DNA from: Oscillospiraceae bacterium
GTDB lineage: Bacteria; Bacillota; Clostridia; Oscillospirales; Oscillospiraceae
Reading direction: 5' to 3'
DNA: 64,000 bases
NCBI GenBank assembly: GCA_015067585.1
Contig: SVMC01000001.1
Span: forward strand, 33,876-97,875
In this document: piece by piece, positions 37,423 through 47,409 of the stretch
How the letters are laid out: every line of letters begins with the position of its first letter
How positions within the stretch are numbered: the stretch's first letter is position 1
Notes under the pieces: model-generated
Seen by the model: the letters and a program-made list of their open reading frames with translations, nothing else
What the model was told of the DNA's origin: nothing
Database searches by the model: none
Translations under genes and position numbers: made by a program

Positions 37423-39180
37423 TTACTTACCCGGCAGGCGCAGGCGGTCGGGGAGCTTGGGATCGGGGGAAACGAAGCCGGTGTGATAGCGATCGTAGAT
37501 CACCATGCCGGGCTTTGCGCCGTTTGGCTTCTTCACATGGCGCACCTGTGCGCAGTCCACCGGCACACCCTGTCCGTCTCTGGCCTGAGAATAGTAAGCA
37601 GCCAGCTCCATGGCCTCGGTGATGGTGGAATCCGGCGGAGTTTGCCCGTCACAGAGGATGATGACATGGCTGCCGGGGATCTTCTGGGCATGGAGCCAGA
37701 GGTCGTTCTTTGCCGCGGTGCGAAGGGTCAGCTCATCGTTCTGGCGGTTGTTGCGTCCCACCAGGATGGGGAAGCCGTCAGAGCTTAAAAAGGCCATGGG
37801 GCGGGCAGGAGGCAGCTTCATGCGCTTTTTGCCGCCCCGGTCATGGAGATAGCCGCCGGAGAGCAGCTCCTCCCGGATCTCCAAAATATCCCGCTCCGAT
37901 TCGGCCCTTCCAAGGGCATCCAGCACACTGAGGAAGTATTCCAGTTCCTGTTCACCTTTGGAGATCTGCTCGGTGAGGTATTTTTCCGCGTTTTTTGCCT
38001 TGGCATAGTCCTTGTAGAACTTTGCCGCGTTCTGCTGCGGAGAAAGGGCGGGGTTCAGGGAAATGTCGATGGTCTTCATATCGGGATCGTAGAAATCCAC
38101 TGCGCTCAGGCGCACCTGTCCCCGCTCCATCTGATAGAGATTGGCGGTGACGATGTCCCCAAGCTGGCGAAGCCGCTCACGGTCATAGGTGGCGGTGAGC
38201 TCCTTGCGCTGGTTTTCCAGCTTGCGGCGGGTGCGATCCCGCAGCTTTGCCACCGTGTGAACAATGGTCTGGGCCTTTTGCCGCAGCCGATCCGACGAAT
38301 CCCGGGCAGCATAATAATCATCCAGCAATGTGGAGAAATCCTCCCGGAATTCCCGCTGCACTGCACCCTCATACTGCTGGATGGGGATGCAGGAAAAGTC
38401 GAAATTTCTGCCGTCCGCACGGCGCAGGAGGGTTGGTGTCCAAGGTCCTGCGCAGAAATGCCGCAGCTCCTCCACCAATCGCACCGCCAAAGCATCGGCA
38501 GTTTCGGGGATGGGTGCCTCCGTCAGGCCGGCGCAGCGATGGCTCAGCTCCCGGCAGAGAAGGGGAGACAGGCCGAAAAATTCATCCAGCAAAAAGCGAT
38601 CCAAGGTGGTGCTTCCGGCTTTTACAAACATCCGGTGGGCAAGCCGCGCTTCGTCTGCCTCTTCAGGGCTGCACTTGTCCTGCCGAGGCGGCAGCTCATA
38701 GCGAAGACCCGGCAGCACAGGACGGCGCTCTGACATGGTGAGGTCCACCCTTCGCAGGCAATCCAGCACTCTGCCGTCGTCTCCCACTAAGATCAGATTG
38801 GAGGTGCGGCCCATCAGCTCGGCAACCAGCTGCTTTTCCGTGCGCTGGCCCAGCTCATCCATGCAGGAAAAGCGCAGGGAGACGCAGCGCTCCATGGGAG
38901 CCTGCTGCAGCTCTAAAAGCTTTGCGCCCAAAAGGTGCTTTCTCAGCAGCATACAGAACATGGGCGGCTGCTGGGGATTTTCAGACGCCATCCGGGTCAG
39001 ATGAATGCGGGGATAGCTGGGATTGGCGCAGATGAGCAGGCGGGAATTGCCCTCCCGACTGCGGAAATGAAGGATCACGCTGTCCCGGGTGGGCTGGTGG
39101 ATCTTATCAACGCGGGAATCGACGAGCTTTTGGGTCAGCTCTCCCGTCACCGCTTTCAAAAACAGGGCATCAAATGGCAT
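37423..39180 (-). CDS. rqcH: NFACT-family ribosome quality control protein RqcH (FbpA-like)
   Basis: MPFDALFLKAV..EL and the C-terminal NFACT-R region (WLHA....GSHV). The ATG at 39180 is preferred over the 39327 extension. Confidence 0.88.
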   Translation of the reverse strand: MPFDALFLKAVTGELTQKLVDSRVDKIHQPTRDSVILHFRSREGNSRLLICANPSYPRIHLTRMASENPQQPPMFCMLLRKHLLGAKLLELQQAPMERCVSLRFSCMDELGQRTEKQLVAELMGRTSNLILVGDDGRVLDCLRRVDLTMSERRPVLPGLRYELPPRQDKCSPEEADEARLAHRMFVKAGSTTLDRFLLDEFFGLSPLLCRELSHRCAGLTEAPIPETADALAVRLVEELRHFCAGPWTPTLLRRADGRNFDFSCIPIQQYEGAVQREFREDFSTLLDDYYAARDSSDRLRQKAQTIVHTVAKLRDRTRRKLENQRKELTATYDRERLRQLGDIVTANLYQMERGQVRLSAVDFYDPDMKTIDISLNPALSPQQNAAKFYKDYAKAKNAEKYLTEQISKGEQELEYFLSVLDALGRAESERDILEIREELLSGGYLHDRGGKKRMKLPPARPMAFLSSDGFPILVGRNNRQNDELTLRTAAKNDLWLHAQKIPGSHVIILCDGQTPPDSTITEAMELAAYYSQARDGQGVPVDCAQVRHVKKPNGAKPGMVIYDRYHTGFVSPDPKLPDRLRLPGK

Positions 39181-39583
39181 TCCGGGCCTCCATTCCAAGG
39201 GCAAAGAGCTCATTGATGCGCTCGATCTGCCCGCTGAGATGTAAATAGCCAAACAGCGCCTCCAATCCCGTGGCCTTGGCATACTGCCCCCGGGTGGCAT
39301 TCTGGGGCACACCGTGGACATGGGCATTGCGGCCCCGACGGTAGACCGCCTGCTCCTCCTCCGTCAGGTGGGGAGCGATGGCGTCCACAAAGGCGGCCTG
39401 GGCCGGTGCGGAGACATAGCTGACCGTGGCCCGGTGGAGATTTCCGGAGCGGGCCAGACCGGATCTGCACAGATAGGTACGGATCAGCAGCTCAAACACC
39501 GCGTCCCCCATATGGGCAAGACCCAGGGCGGACATGGCGCAAAGTTCGGTTTTCGTCATGGACGGATGAAAATAATCCTGCAA
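39170..39583 (-). CDS. mrnC: Mini-ribonuclease III
   Basis: 137 aa. Carries LAH.GDAV.EL..R and G.N......A....Y..ATG.EAL.GYL. It overlaps the rqcH start by 11 nt. Confidence 0.88.
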   Translation of the reverse strand: MQDYFHPSMTKTELCAMSALGLAHMGDAVFELLIRTYLCRSGLARSGNLHRATVSYVSAPAQAAFVDAIAPHLTEEEQAVYRRGRNAHVHGVPQNATRGQYAKATGLEALFGYLHLSGQIERINELFALGMEARNAI

Positions 39584-39707
39584 AATAATTCCTCCGTTGT
39601 GGGTTTTTCCTCATGATATCATAAATCCCAAAAAAAGAAAAGCGATAAAACCTTACCTTGACGGGATTCTCTCCATATGGTATGCTTTTCACGGAAGGTG
39701 ATAAACG

Positions 39708-40760
39708 ATGCGAAAACTGATCTGTATGATTTTAGCAATATTGATGCTGTTGAGTCTGACCGCCTGCAGGGACAAGCGGGACCCTGATGTGCCTGTCTTC
39801 ACCTATGTGGAGGAAGGGACCACTCCTTCCAAGGTCATCCGGCAGGAGGATCGCTGGTATGCCATTACCAACACCTATGGTCTGGCGGATTTCTGCTTTG
39901 CGGTGGGGGACAGCTATGACACCATGGAAACCGTTTATCAATCCCCTAACGGCGGTTATCTGCGAAATCTCACTGCGGAAGGGCAGTGGTGCGCCTTCTT
40001 TGAAAAGGGTACGCAGAGTCTTCGCTATGCCCTCTATAATGCGGAGGATGGCTCCATCACTGATATGTATCTGACAGACGAGATCTCCAACCAGAACGGC
40101 AGCATGGTATTTATCAACGGATGCGTTTATTTTGGCGTTATCGACCATGAGAACAGCAGCGGTATGCTCAAATGCTACGACATTGCCGCCGGCACACTGG
40201 AGGATTTCTTTCCCCTGCCCTATGCGGAGATCGATACGGTGCAGGCTCTGAGCCGGGATGGGGACGATGTGCTGGTGACGGTAAAATCCGCAGAGGATCA
40301 GCGCAGCCAGATTTATCGACTCTCCACCATTGACCGTACCCTTCGGATCGTGGAGCTTCCCTTTGCCGTGCATACGGTCTACAGCGCAAGCTATGATCCC
40401 ACCCTGAATGCCTACATCCTCTACTACGAAGATGGCACCGCCCATTCTGAGGACATTGGCATCTACCGTCAGGACGAAGCTGCCCTGCGTTCTGTCTACA
40501 CCTTTGAAGACGGCTGCTATGCCTACTTTGACACCGTGGAATGCCGAGACGGCAGGATCTACTGGTGCCTGCAGGACAATGCCACAGGCAGCTTTGCCGA
40601 CAAATATGATCTTATGGTCTACGACTGCGAAGCCGAAGTGATGACGAAGTATCCTCAGGGGATCTCCTTCACCCTGAATGAGGACGGTTTTCACTATCTG
40701 ACGCTCGCATCGTCAGAACGCCCGACGATCGAACTGTATGAGCGTCCTTACAAAAAATAA
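39708..40760 (+). CDS. Hypothetical lipoprotein (lipobox LSLTAC)
   Basis: A signal peptide and Cys are followed by 330 aa rich in Y/D/G beta-type repeats. No family was recognised. Confidence 0.65.
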   Translation: MRKLICMILAILMLLSLTACRDKRDPDVPVFTYVEEGTTPSKVIRQEDRWYAITNTYGLADFCFAVGDSYDTMETVYQSPNGGYLRNLTAEGQWCAFFEKGTQSLRYALYNAEDGSITDMYLTDEISNQNGSMVFINGCVYFGVIDHENSSGMLKCYDIAAGTLEDFFPLPYAEIDTVQALSRDGDDVLVTVKSAEDQRSQIYRLSTIDRTLRIVELPFAVHTVYSASYDPTLNAYILYYEDGTAHSEDIGIYRQDEAALRSVYTFEDGCYAYFDTVECRDGRIYWCLQDNATGSFADKYDLMVYDCEAEVMTKYPQGISFTLNEDGFHYLTLASSERPTIELYERPYKK

Positions 40761-40767
40761 AAGCAAA

Positions 40768-40799
40768 AGGCGGGTCTGCTCCCCGGAGCAGACCCGCCT
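40768..40799. terminator. Bidirectional terminator hairpin (aggcgggtctgctc / gagcagacccgcct)
   Basis: Read directly between convergent genes. Confidence 0.75.
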
Positions 40800-40801
40800 G
40801 T

Positions 40802-43800
40802 TTATGCGATGGGTTGATTTACCGTGATGATTGCGCTGTCGTTTAAGCCTGCCGCGCTGATGCGCAGGTAGCCTCCGCTGCCGACGACATTGTTGTATTC
40901 GTCGGTGATCCGGAAGGATGTCACATAACCGGTGGCAGGGTCTGTGGTGAAGCTGTCCCACAAATAGGCTTCGTTAGCCAAATTACTGCCAATGGAATTG
41001 AATTTCTGACTTCTCTGCTTTGTAAATGACGCATCATACACCGTAAGATAGGTGTATTCATTCAGGCTGCCGGTTGCTGTCAGACTTGCAGCAACATTCT
41101 TCAGATACACGATATCCCCCTTCTTTACGGGGATAAAGCCTGTGACACCAACACCCTCTGCGGAAGCCTCCGCACCGGAGCTGTTCAGTCTGGTATTGTC
41201 CTTCCAGCCCTGTCCACCGTTATAAGGCGTGCCGTCAGAGGCGATGGAAATCGGAATCTGATTTGTCCAGGACGCAGGCGCAGACCCTATGGCGGTGATA
41301 ATGATGGCGCCGGTGACAGCGGGAATACGGATGACACCATTGGCGTAAACCGAAGCCGTCACATCCACCCCGCCCATCACTACGGTTACACTGTCGATGG
41401 TGCTTCCCGTGGGTGTGAGGGTGGCCGTGTATCCCTGCCCGCCTGTTGCCATGGCGGAGGTATTGCTGCTTGTCACATTGGTCAGGTTATTTATGACGGC
41501 GTAGGTCTCCAGTACGGTTTGATCCAGATAGTTCAGCGTCCGGTCATAGCCTGCGCCGTAGCATACCGCCGTGATTTTGTGGGCAGAAAGATCTATGCAG
41601 TACACCACAAAGGAGGTATCCTTCCCGCTGTCACGGGTCTTTGTGTAGGCGGTGCTTTCTCCCCAGCTTCCGGTATACTGGTTTTCCCGTCCGAGGCAGG
41701 CGTTCGGGGTAGACATACGGTATACGGCGGTTTTTGTTGCACTGTTGGAGTTGCCCAGGAACATCCGGTCCATCAGCAGATTGTGGATATGTCCATGGAC
41801 ATTGCCGATGAGCGCGGCCTTGTTCTTTCCTGCGAAATTGCAGGATACCCCATTGCCGGACCAGCTTCCCCCCGTCTGGTAGGCGTGGACGATGTAAGCC
41901 AGGCTGTATTCGCTGTTTGACTCCCAGTAATCCAGCGGATGGTGGGTGAGGATCAGGATTTGCCAGTCCTCTGCGTCTTCCCGGCTGCTGAGATCCAGAA
42001 CTTCGATCAGCCACTGAAGCTGCGTCGCCGTCATGGAGATACTGCTGGAGGGCTTGTTGGTGGAGGTATCCATAGGATTGTTTTCGTTGGTATTGGGGCA
42101 GATGACTCTCAGCTTATGGTCGCTGAAATCCCGGTAGTAATAGCCCCCCGACCGGCTGCCCCAGACGACATCGTTGCTGTAGAACTGGATCATTCTGCGG
42201 GTCATGGGGATATCCTCTGCGTAATAGTCATGGTTGCCCTGCTGCCGCAAATTCGGTGCGAAGCGCAGCTCGTTCAGCACACCGTTGACTGCCTTGAAAT
42301 CGCCGAGGGCGTTGTCCATACCGGTGGAAGGGTAACCGTCCGTATAATCCCCCAGCACAGCCACCGCATCCAGCTTCACACGGCTGTCGATGTATCGGAT
42401 GGCCTGGCAGGCATGGCGGATGCCCTCCGTGTAGCTCCCTTCGCCATAGTGCAGGTCGGAAATGGCGGCGAAGGTGAAGGTGTTTTCCCCCTGTGCTGCC
42501 AGCACCCGGTCAATGACAGCCTCTGCCTCTTCCGCCACATATGAGGGTACTTCATCCTGCGCCGCACCGGCAGCGCCGTCAGGACTAAAGGTGGCAAATT
42601 TTACATTATTTGTATCCAGCAGTTCAATCTGTCCTTCTTGGTTCACGGTTAAGTATGTGAGAGGGAATTGGTCACCGCGATCAAAAGAAATAACATCAAA
42701 ATGTACGGACGCGGGATTGAGCCAAGCTACCTTACCTGCGCCATCGCTTAAAAGAATATGTCCGTGGTAATTTGCGCTCGGCACAAGAACGGTTTTCTGT
42801 ACACTTGAGAAGCTGCCAAGTTCCGACCACACGAAGCGGACGCCTGCTTCCCGTCCTGTGCAGCTGATTTCAAACATTTCATATGCATTGCCCAGGACCA
42901 CTTCTGTTATAGCTTTGATGGCGGAAACCGAGTAGGATTTACCCTCATAAATCACGGTCGCCGCAGCCTGCAGCTCCGCCAGATCCATGGCGGCGGCCTC
43001 CGCAAAGGGAATGCCGGTTTTTTCAGCATCCAGATCAATCACGAAGTGCTGCTGCCCTCTTAGCTTTGGCAGATATTTTGCCGGAAGGGGGGTTATGATC
43101 TCCTTCGGGCCGGAAATACAGAGGGTTACGGAGGCAGCACCGTCAAGGGGGAGTGCAATGGCATAAAAGCCTGCGTCTGCTGCCTGTTCAGTGCTGGCGA
43201 CCGCCAGTAAAAACGGCTCGCCGGTATTATCACCTCCCAGTGCTGCGGCATTTCCCAGAACCTGAACCACCACATCTCCGTCTTCCAGTTCTGCACAGGT
43301 GCAGGTGTAGGGAACGCCGTTCCAGTTGACCGTGTATTGCCATCCGGTGACAACGGAAAGGGTATCCGTTACCATAAAGCCCCCCACCTCCTCCAGGAAG
43401 GGCAGGGAAGCCTCAGGCAGCAAGGTGACTTGCTCTGTTCTGCTGTAATGTGTTCGATTCTGAATGTATCCCGGTTCCCCTTCTGCGGCATTCCAGTCGG
43501 GCGGTGTGCCGTCGACGGAATCCTTGGCCAGCTTCGCATAGAATTCCTCCTCGCTCCCGGTATAGCCGCCTTCCAGTGCATACTGATAGGCGCTTTTGCC
43601 GGCTTCACCCGGCTCACCCCGGGAAGCGACAGGCAGTGCGGTGAGTATGGCAGCGCCTCTTTGTGGTACGAGGCAGTAAAAATGATGGGAAACCCCTTCC
43701 GACAGGAAGGCTGTACCCGAAAACTCGGCAGAAGCACCTGTATTCAGCCGCGTCAGGAGCAGGAGCGTACCGAAGACTTCCATTGCCACCGGTTGACCCT

Positions 43801-44359
43801 CACGGCTGGCTGTCTCGATCTGATCGAAGCTATGATCCAATGAGACGATGAGATTCCCGTCAGCATCGGGCATCGTATCCACGACCCGCACCAGCCGGAG
43901 TGTCATTCCCTCTAACTGAGCAAGCCACTTCTGGAGTCTTGCCCAGATGGGTGCCTCCGGCGGCACAGCATCAAGGCCGGATAGTGCGGCCCCCGGCTCT
44001 ACGCGGCCAAGGCTGCACCACACCGTGGGCAGGGTGACTTCTTCTCCATCCGTACCGAACAGGCCCACCATGAGGTTCTTTCCCGCTGTTGTGAGCACTT
44101 GCTGGGGTACGGTGCAGCCGTTTTCCACCCAATCCTCCTCCGGCACATCAATACTGACGGCTCCGTTGGAGAACACGGCGGTCTTCTTTAGTCCCTTCCA
44201 ATCTTCGGAGAAGGTAAAGACCACCCGAATCACTCCGGTCATGCCGCTGCTCATTAGCTCCCGCTCTCCTGTCAGCTGCAGCCGTGCCTTCCGGGCATAC
44301 AGCTCCATGACAAAGGGAACGGCCCCTTCTGCGGTCTGCCCTGCGAGTTGTTCTGTCAT
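40802..44359 (-). CDS. Large (1185 aa) protein: phage tail-fibre-like N-terminal region, calcineurin-like metallophosphoesterase core, Ig-like and lectin-like C-terminal domains
   Basis: RBS GGGAGG plus the ATG at 44359. Carries GEPGEAGKSAYQYALEGGYTGSEEEFYAKL (a tail-fibre signature). Phosphoesterase motifs are SDLHYG, LGDYTDG, GNHDYY, THHP and GHIHN. No signal peptide. Confidence 0.7.
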   Translation of the reverse strand: MTEQLAGQTAEGAVPFVMELYARKARLQLTGERELMSSGMTGVIRVVFTFSEDWKGLKKTAVFSNGAVSIDVPEEDWVENGCTVPQQVLTTAGKNLMVGLFGTDGEEVTLPTVWCSLGRVEPGAALSGLDAVPPEAPIWARLQKWLAQLEGMTLRLVRVVDTMPDADGNLIVSLDHSFDQIETASREGQPVAMEVFGTLLLLTRLNTGASAEFSGTAFLSEGVSHHFYCLVPQRGAAILTALPVASRGEPGEAGKSAYQYALEGGYTGSEEEFYAKLAKDSVDGTPPDWNAAEGEPGYIQNRTHYSRTEQVTLLPEASLPFLEEVGGFMVTDTLSVVTGWQYTVNWNGVPYTCTCAELEDGDVVVQVLGNAAALGGDNTGEPFLLAVASTEQAADAGFYAIALPLDGAASVTLCISGPKEIITPLPAKYLPKLRGQQHFVIDLDAEKTGIPFAEAAAMDLAELQAAATVIYEGKSYSVSAIKAITEVVLGNAYEMFEISCTGREAGVRFVWSELGSFSSVQKTVLVPSANYHGHILLSDGAGKVAWLNPASVHFDVISFDRGDQFPLTYLTVNQEGQIELLDTNNVKFATFSPDGAAGAAQDEVPSYVAEEAEAVIDRVLAAQGENTFTFAAISDLHYGEGSYTEGIRHACQAIRYIDSRVKLDAVAVLGDYTDGYPSTGMDNALGDFKAVNGVLNELRFAPNLRQQGNHDYYAEDIPMTRRMIQFYSNDVVWGSRSGGYYYRDFSDHKLRVICPNTNENNPMDTSTNKPSSSISMTATQLQWLIEVLDLSSREDAEDWQILILTHHPLDYWESNSEYSLAYIVHAYQTGGSWSGNGVSCNFAGKNKAALIGNVHGHIHNLLMDRMFLGNSNSATKTAVYRMSTPNACLGRENQYTGSWGESTAYTKTRDSGKDTSFVVYCIDLSAHKITAVCYGAGYDRTLNYLDQTVLETYAVINNLTNVTSSNTSAMATGGQGYTATLTPTGSTIDSVTVVMGGVDVTASVYANGVIRIPAVTGAIIITAIGSAPASWTNQIPISIASDGTPYNGGQGWKDNTRLNSSGAEASAEGVGVTGFIPVKKGDIVYLKNVAASLTATGSLNEYTYLTVYDASFTKQRSQKFNSIGSNLANEAYLWDSFTTDPATGYVTSFRITDEYNNVVGSGGYLRISAAGLNDSAIITVNQPIA

Positions 44360-44446
44360 GTTGATTCCTCCCATATTAAAAATTCTCTTCATAAATATGG
44401 GAAAAACCCGGAAAACAGGCATATAAAAGGGCAACACCACCGAAAA

Positions 44447-44505
44447 GTCAATCGGGGGACGGTCCCCCGATCGGCTTGCCGATCAGGGAACCGTCCCCTG
44501 ATTGG
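44447..44505. repeat. REP-like inverted doublet (two units facing each other around cggcttgccg)
   Basis: gtcaatcgggggacggtcccccgatcggc + ttgccgatcagggaaccgtcccctgattgg. It overlaps the 3' end of the deacetylase gene. Confidence 0.9.
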
Positions 44506-45196
44506 GCGCGTGAGCACCGGAGAACTGGCTGAACACATCCCCCGGCTGCATGGTGCAGTCGGCCAGCTCCGCCAATTCCGACACCGTCACGAAGGTAAAG
44601 CCCTGTTCACGGAGACGGTCGATGATCTGCGCCGCTGCCTCCACGGAGTAGGCATACATATCGTGCATCAGGATGATGTCGCCGTTTTTTGCCTGATCGC
44701 AGACCCTCTGTGCCATATCCTCCGCTTCGCCCCCCTGCCAGTCTAGCGAGTCCGCCGACCAAAGGATCACAGTAAGACCCGCCTCCCGGGCGGTCTCTCT
44801 GACGCTCTCGTTCCATGCCCCGCAGGGCGGGCGGAGAAGAACCGGCTGGGTGCCGCCGAATTCCCGGATCTGATCGGCGGTCCCCTGCAGCTCCTTTTGC
44901 AGTTCTTCACGGCACAGCACATCAAAGCAGGTGTGGCTGTAGCCATGCACCCCAAGCTCGTGTCCCGCTTCCCTGAGTTTCCCCACCAGCTCGGGGTATG
45001 TTTCCATCCGGTAGCCGCACAGAAAAAAGGTGGCCTTTACCTCCCTTTCCTGCAGCATTTCCAAAAGCGCTTCGGTATTATTGCCGCTGGGGCCATCATC
45101 AAAGGTCAGGGCCACATATTTGGCGGGCGCCGCGCAAACCGTGCCGGTGAGCACAAGCATCGTGAGCAGCGCAAGGATCAGCCGTTTCATATCCAC
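44483..45196 (-). CDS. Polysaccharide deacetylase (NodB homology domain), secreted
   Basis: Signal peptide. Carries ALTFDDGP, GHELG.H..SH and LLRPP.G. The last 7 codons (PNQGTVP) lie inside the REP unit. Confidence 0.88.
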   Translation of the reverse strand: MDMKRLILALLTMLVLTGTVCAAPAKYVALTFDDGPSGNNTEALLEMLQEREVKATFFLCGYRMETYPELVGKLREAGHELGVHGYSHTCFDVLCREELQKELQGTADQIREFGGTQPVLLRPPCGAWNESVRETAREAGLTVILWSADSLDWQGGEAEDMAQRVCDQAKNGDIILMHDMYAYSVEAAAQIIDRLREQGFTFVTVSELAELADCTMQPGDVFSQFSGAHAPNQGTVP

Positions 45197-45291
45197 ATCC
45201 CCTGTCGTTTTTTCACATAGTATGCCCCGCTTTCATTGACGAATTCCAAAAAAAGCGGTATGATGAGAAAAACACGAAAGGATGCTCTGCC

Positions 45292-46101
45292 ATGCCAATG
45301 CCCATCTGTCCCATTTGCGCCAAACCCCTCACCACCCAACGGCCTGCCTGGCATTGCGAGGCCGGACACAGCTTCGATGTAGCGAAGCAGGGTTATGTCA
45401 ACCTGCTTCCGGTGCAGCGCAAGCGCTCTCTCCATCCCGGCGATACCCGGGAGCAGGTTCATGCCCGCAGGCGCTTTCTCTCCGCCGGGTTCTATGCCCC
45501 CATTGCGGAAAGCGTTGCGCAGCTGCTGAAGGGCAAAGCCGCACGGGTGCTGGACATCGGCTGCGGCGAGGGTTATTATCTCCGCCAGCTTGGCTCGGCC
45601 TTCCCGGAGATGACCCGCTGGGGTATGGACATTTCCACGGACGCGGTGCGTCTGGCAGCAGGAGCGGACAAGGGGGCGTCCTACTTCGTGGGCACCGCCG
45701 CTCATCTGCCCTTTGAAGACGGCAGCTTCGATGCCATCACCTCCCTCTTTGCCCTGACAGTGCCGGAGGAATTCCGGCGGCTTTTATCACCGGGCGGCTG
45801 GTATCTGCAGGCGCTGACGGAGGACGACCATCTGCAAAGCCTGAAGGCCCTCATCTATCCCGAGCTGACCCACCGGGAAAAGCAGCTCTCCCCGGAGCTG
45901 CCCGGCTTCACCCTGATAACCCAGCGGGATTTGAAATTCAGCATTATGTTAACCGAAAACCAGCAGATCCAGGATCTTTTAGCCATGACTCCCCACTACT
46001 GGCGCATCACCAAGGAAGGCGCTCAGCGAGCCGATAGAGCCACCACCCTCCGCGACACCGCCCACATTCGCCTGAACCTCTACCGGGCACAGGTGGAGTG
46101 A
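45292..46101 (+). CDS. rlmA: 23S rRNA (guanine-N1)-methyltransferase RlmA-like (zinc ribbon plus SAM methyltransferase)
   Basis: C.IC...L......W.C...HSFD.AK.GY.NLL and the SAM motif VLD.GCGEGYY. Confidence 0.8.
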   Translation: MPMPICPICAKPLTTQRPAWHCEAGHSFDVAKQGYVNLLPVQRKRSLHPGDTREQVHARRRFLSAGFYAPIAESVAQLLKGKAARVLDIGCGEGYYLRQLGSAFPEMTRWGMDISTDAVRLAAGADKGASYFVGTAAHLPFEDGSFDAITSLFALTVPEEFRRLLSPGGWYLQALTEDDHLQSLKALIYPELTHREKQLSPELPGFTLITQRDLKFSIMLTENQQIQDLLAMTPHYWRITKEGAQRADRATTLRDTAHIRLNLYRAQVE

Positions 46102-46219
46102 TGCCGACGCATTTTTTCGCTGTTTTATGGTCGGAGCATTGATTTTTTCGGAATATTTGCTAAAATAGTTCTCTGGATGTAAAACAAGCAGTCCGATTCC
46201 GGCGGAAAGGAGGTTCTAT

Positions 46220-47284
46220 ATGCACAATCTAAAAAAAGCACTGATCGCTTCTATCGCCTTTCTGCTGGTAACCGCGGTCATGAGCATCGGCCTGATGGAA
46301 TTCTATTTTCGTTCAGAGGAGGATTTTTATCAGGATGGCTCGGAGCGGGCCGCCTACGCCGGGTCGCTGGATTATCTGATCTGCGGCGCCTCCCATGCCT
46401 ATCGGGGTATGAACCCGGAGAAGATCGATGCCCTGCTGGGTACCAGCGGCTACAACATCTCCGGCGGCCTGATGACCATGGGCGGCCGATACGAGATGCT
46501 TCGCATCGAGATTGAACGAAACCCGGTCAAAACCGTGGTTCTGGAGCTTTCCTACGCAACAATGACCCGCAACCGCGTGGAGGAAGGGCCAGAAGGAGAT
46601 CTGTATGTTTTAGGGCGAATGGACCGCTTTTGGGACAGATTTTGTTACTTTTTCCGGGGGTTTCGTATTTCAGAGCTTCCGGAGGTCTACGAAAGATTCC
46701 TCACAGAGGGCATTGATGCTCTGGGCAAAGCCCTGAACGGGGAGCTTCGCAGGAGCGATACCCAGCGGTTCCGGGGATACATCCCCACCGGTCCCCGGAC
46801 GATCGAGCTTGAGACGAATTATGAGGAACGATTCCACAGCAAAACGCCGGAAAAGGAATTTGACCCCTATAATCTGAAGTATTTAGAGCGGATCCTGACA
46901 TACTGTGAGGAACGGGATATTGAGGTGGTGTTCGTTACAATGCCCCTGACGAAGACCTTCCTTTCCACCTATGCGGAGTTGGATTATTTTTACGACTGGT
47001 ATCGGGAATTGGCCCAGGCGCATGGCTGCCGCTACTATGACTTCAACCTTCTCAAGGAAAAGGACGAAATGTTTCCGGATCCTGTGGCGTTTTACGATGT
47101 GCTCCACCTGAACGATGAGGGAGCGGAGACCTTGAGCAACTTGTTTGCGGAGCTGGAGCTGCGCACAGCAGCCGGAGAGGATGTAAGCGGTTTGTTCTAC
47201 AGCTCCTATCTTGAAATGGAGTCGGCACCGGGCTTTCTGGAGCCGTGGCCCGAAGACCTCGCCGAAGATTCTACGGGCACATGA
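46220..47284 (+). CDS. Membrane-anchored SGNH/DltD-like protein (tentative)
   Basis: N-terminal TM segment. A possible block I (LICGASH) and block V (D.LHLNDEGA). The function is uncertain. Confidence 0.55.
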   Translation: MHNLKKALIASIAFLLVTAVMSIGLMEFYFRSEEDFYQDGSERAAYAGSLDYLICGASHAYRGMNPEKIDALLGTSGYNISGGLMTMGGRYEMLRIEIERNPVKTVVLELSYATMTRNRVEEGPEGDLYVLGRMDRFWDRFCYFFRGFRISELPEVYERFLTEGIDALGKALNGELRRSDTQRFRGYIPTGPRTIELETNYEERFHSKTPEKEFDPYNLKYLERILTYCEERDIEVVFVTMPLTKTFLSTYAELDYFYDWYRELAQAHGCRYYDFNLLKEKDEMFPDPVAFYDVLHLNDEGAETLSNLFAELELRTAAGEDVSGLFYSSYLEMESAPGFLEPWPEDLAEDSTGT

Positions 47285-47291
47285 ACATATG

Positions 47292-47339
47292 AAGCAAGGC
47301 GTTGTCTCACGAAGCTTTCGATGAGACAACGCCTTGCTT
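47292..47339. terminator. Perfect 18-bp-arm hairpin between convergent genes
   Basis: aagcaaggcgttgtctca / tgagacaacgccttgctt with a 12-nt loop. Confidence 0.75.
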
Positions 47340-47409
47340 GTTCTTCACTGAGTTCATCGCCAAACAGGATAGAGAGGTAATCCCGGCGGCCGTAGGGGAA
47401 ATTACAACC

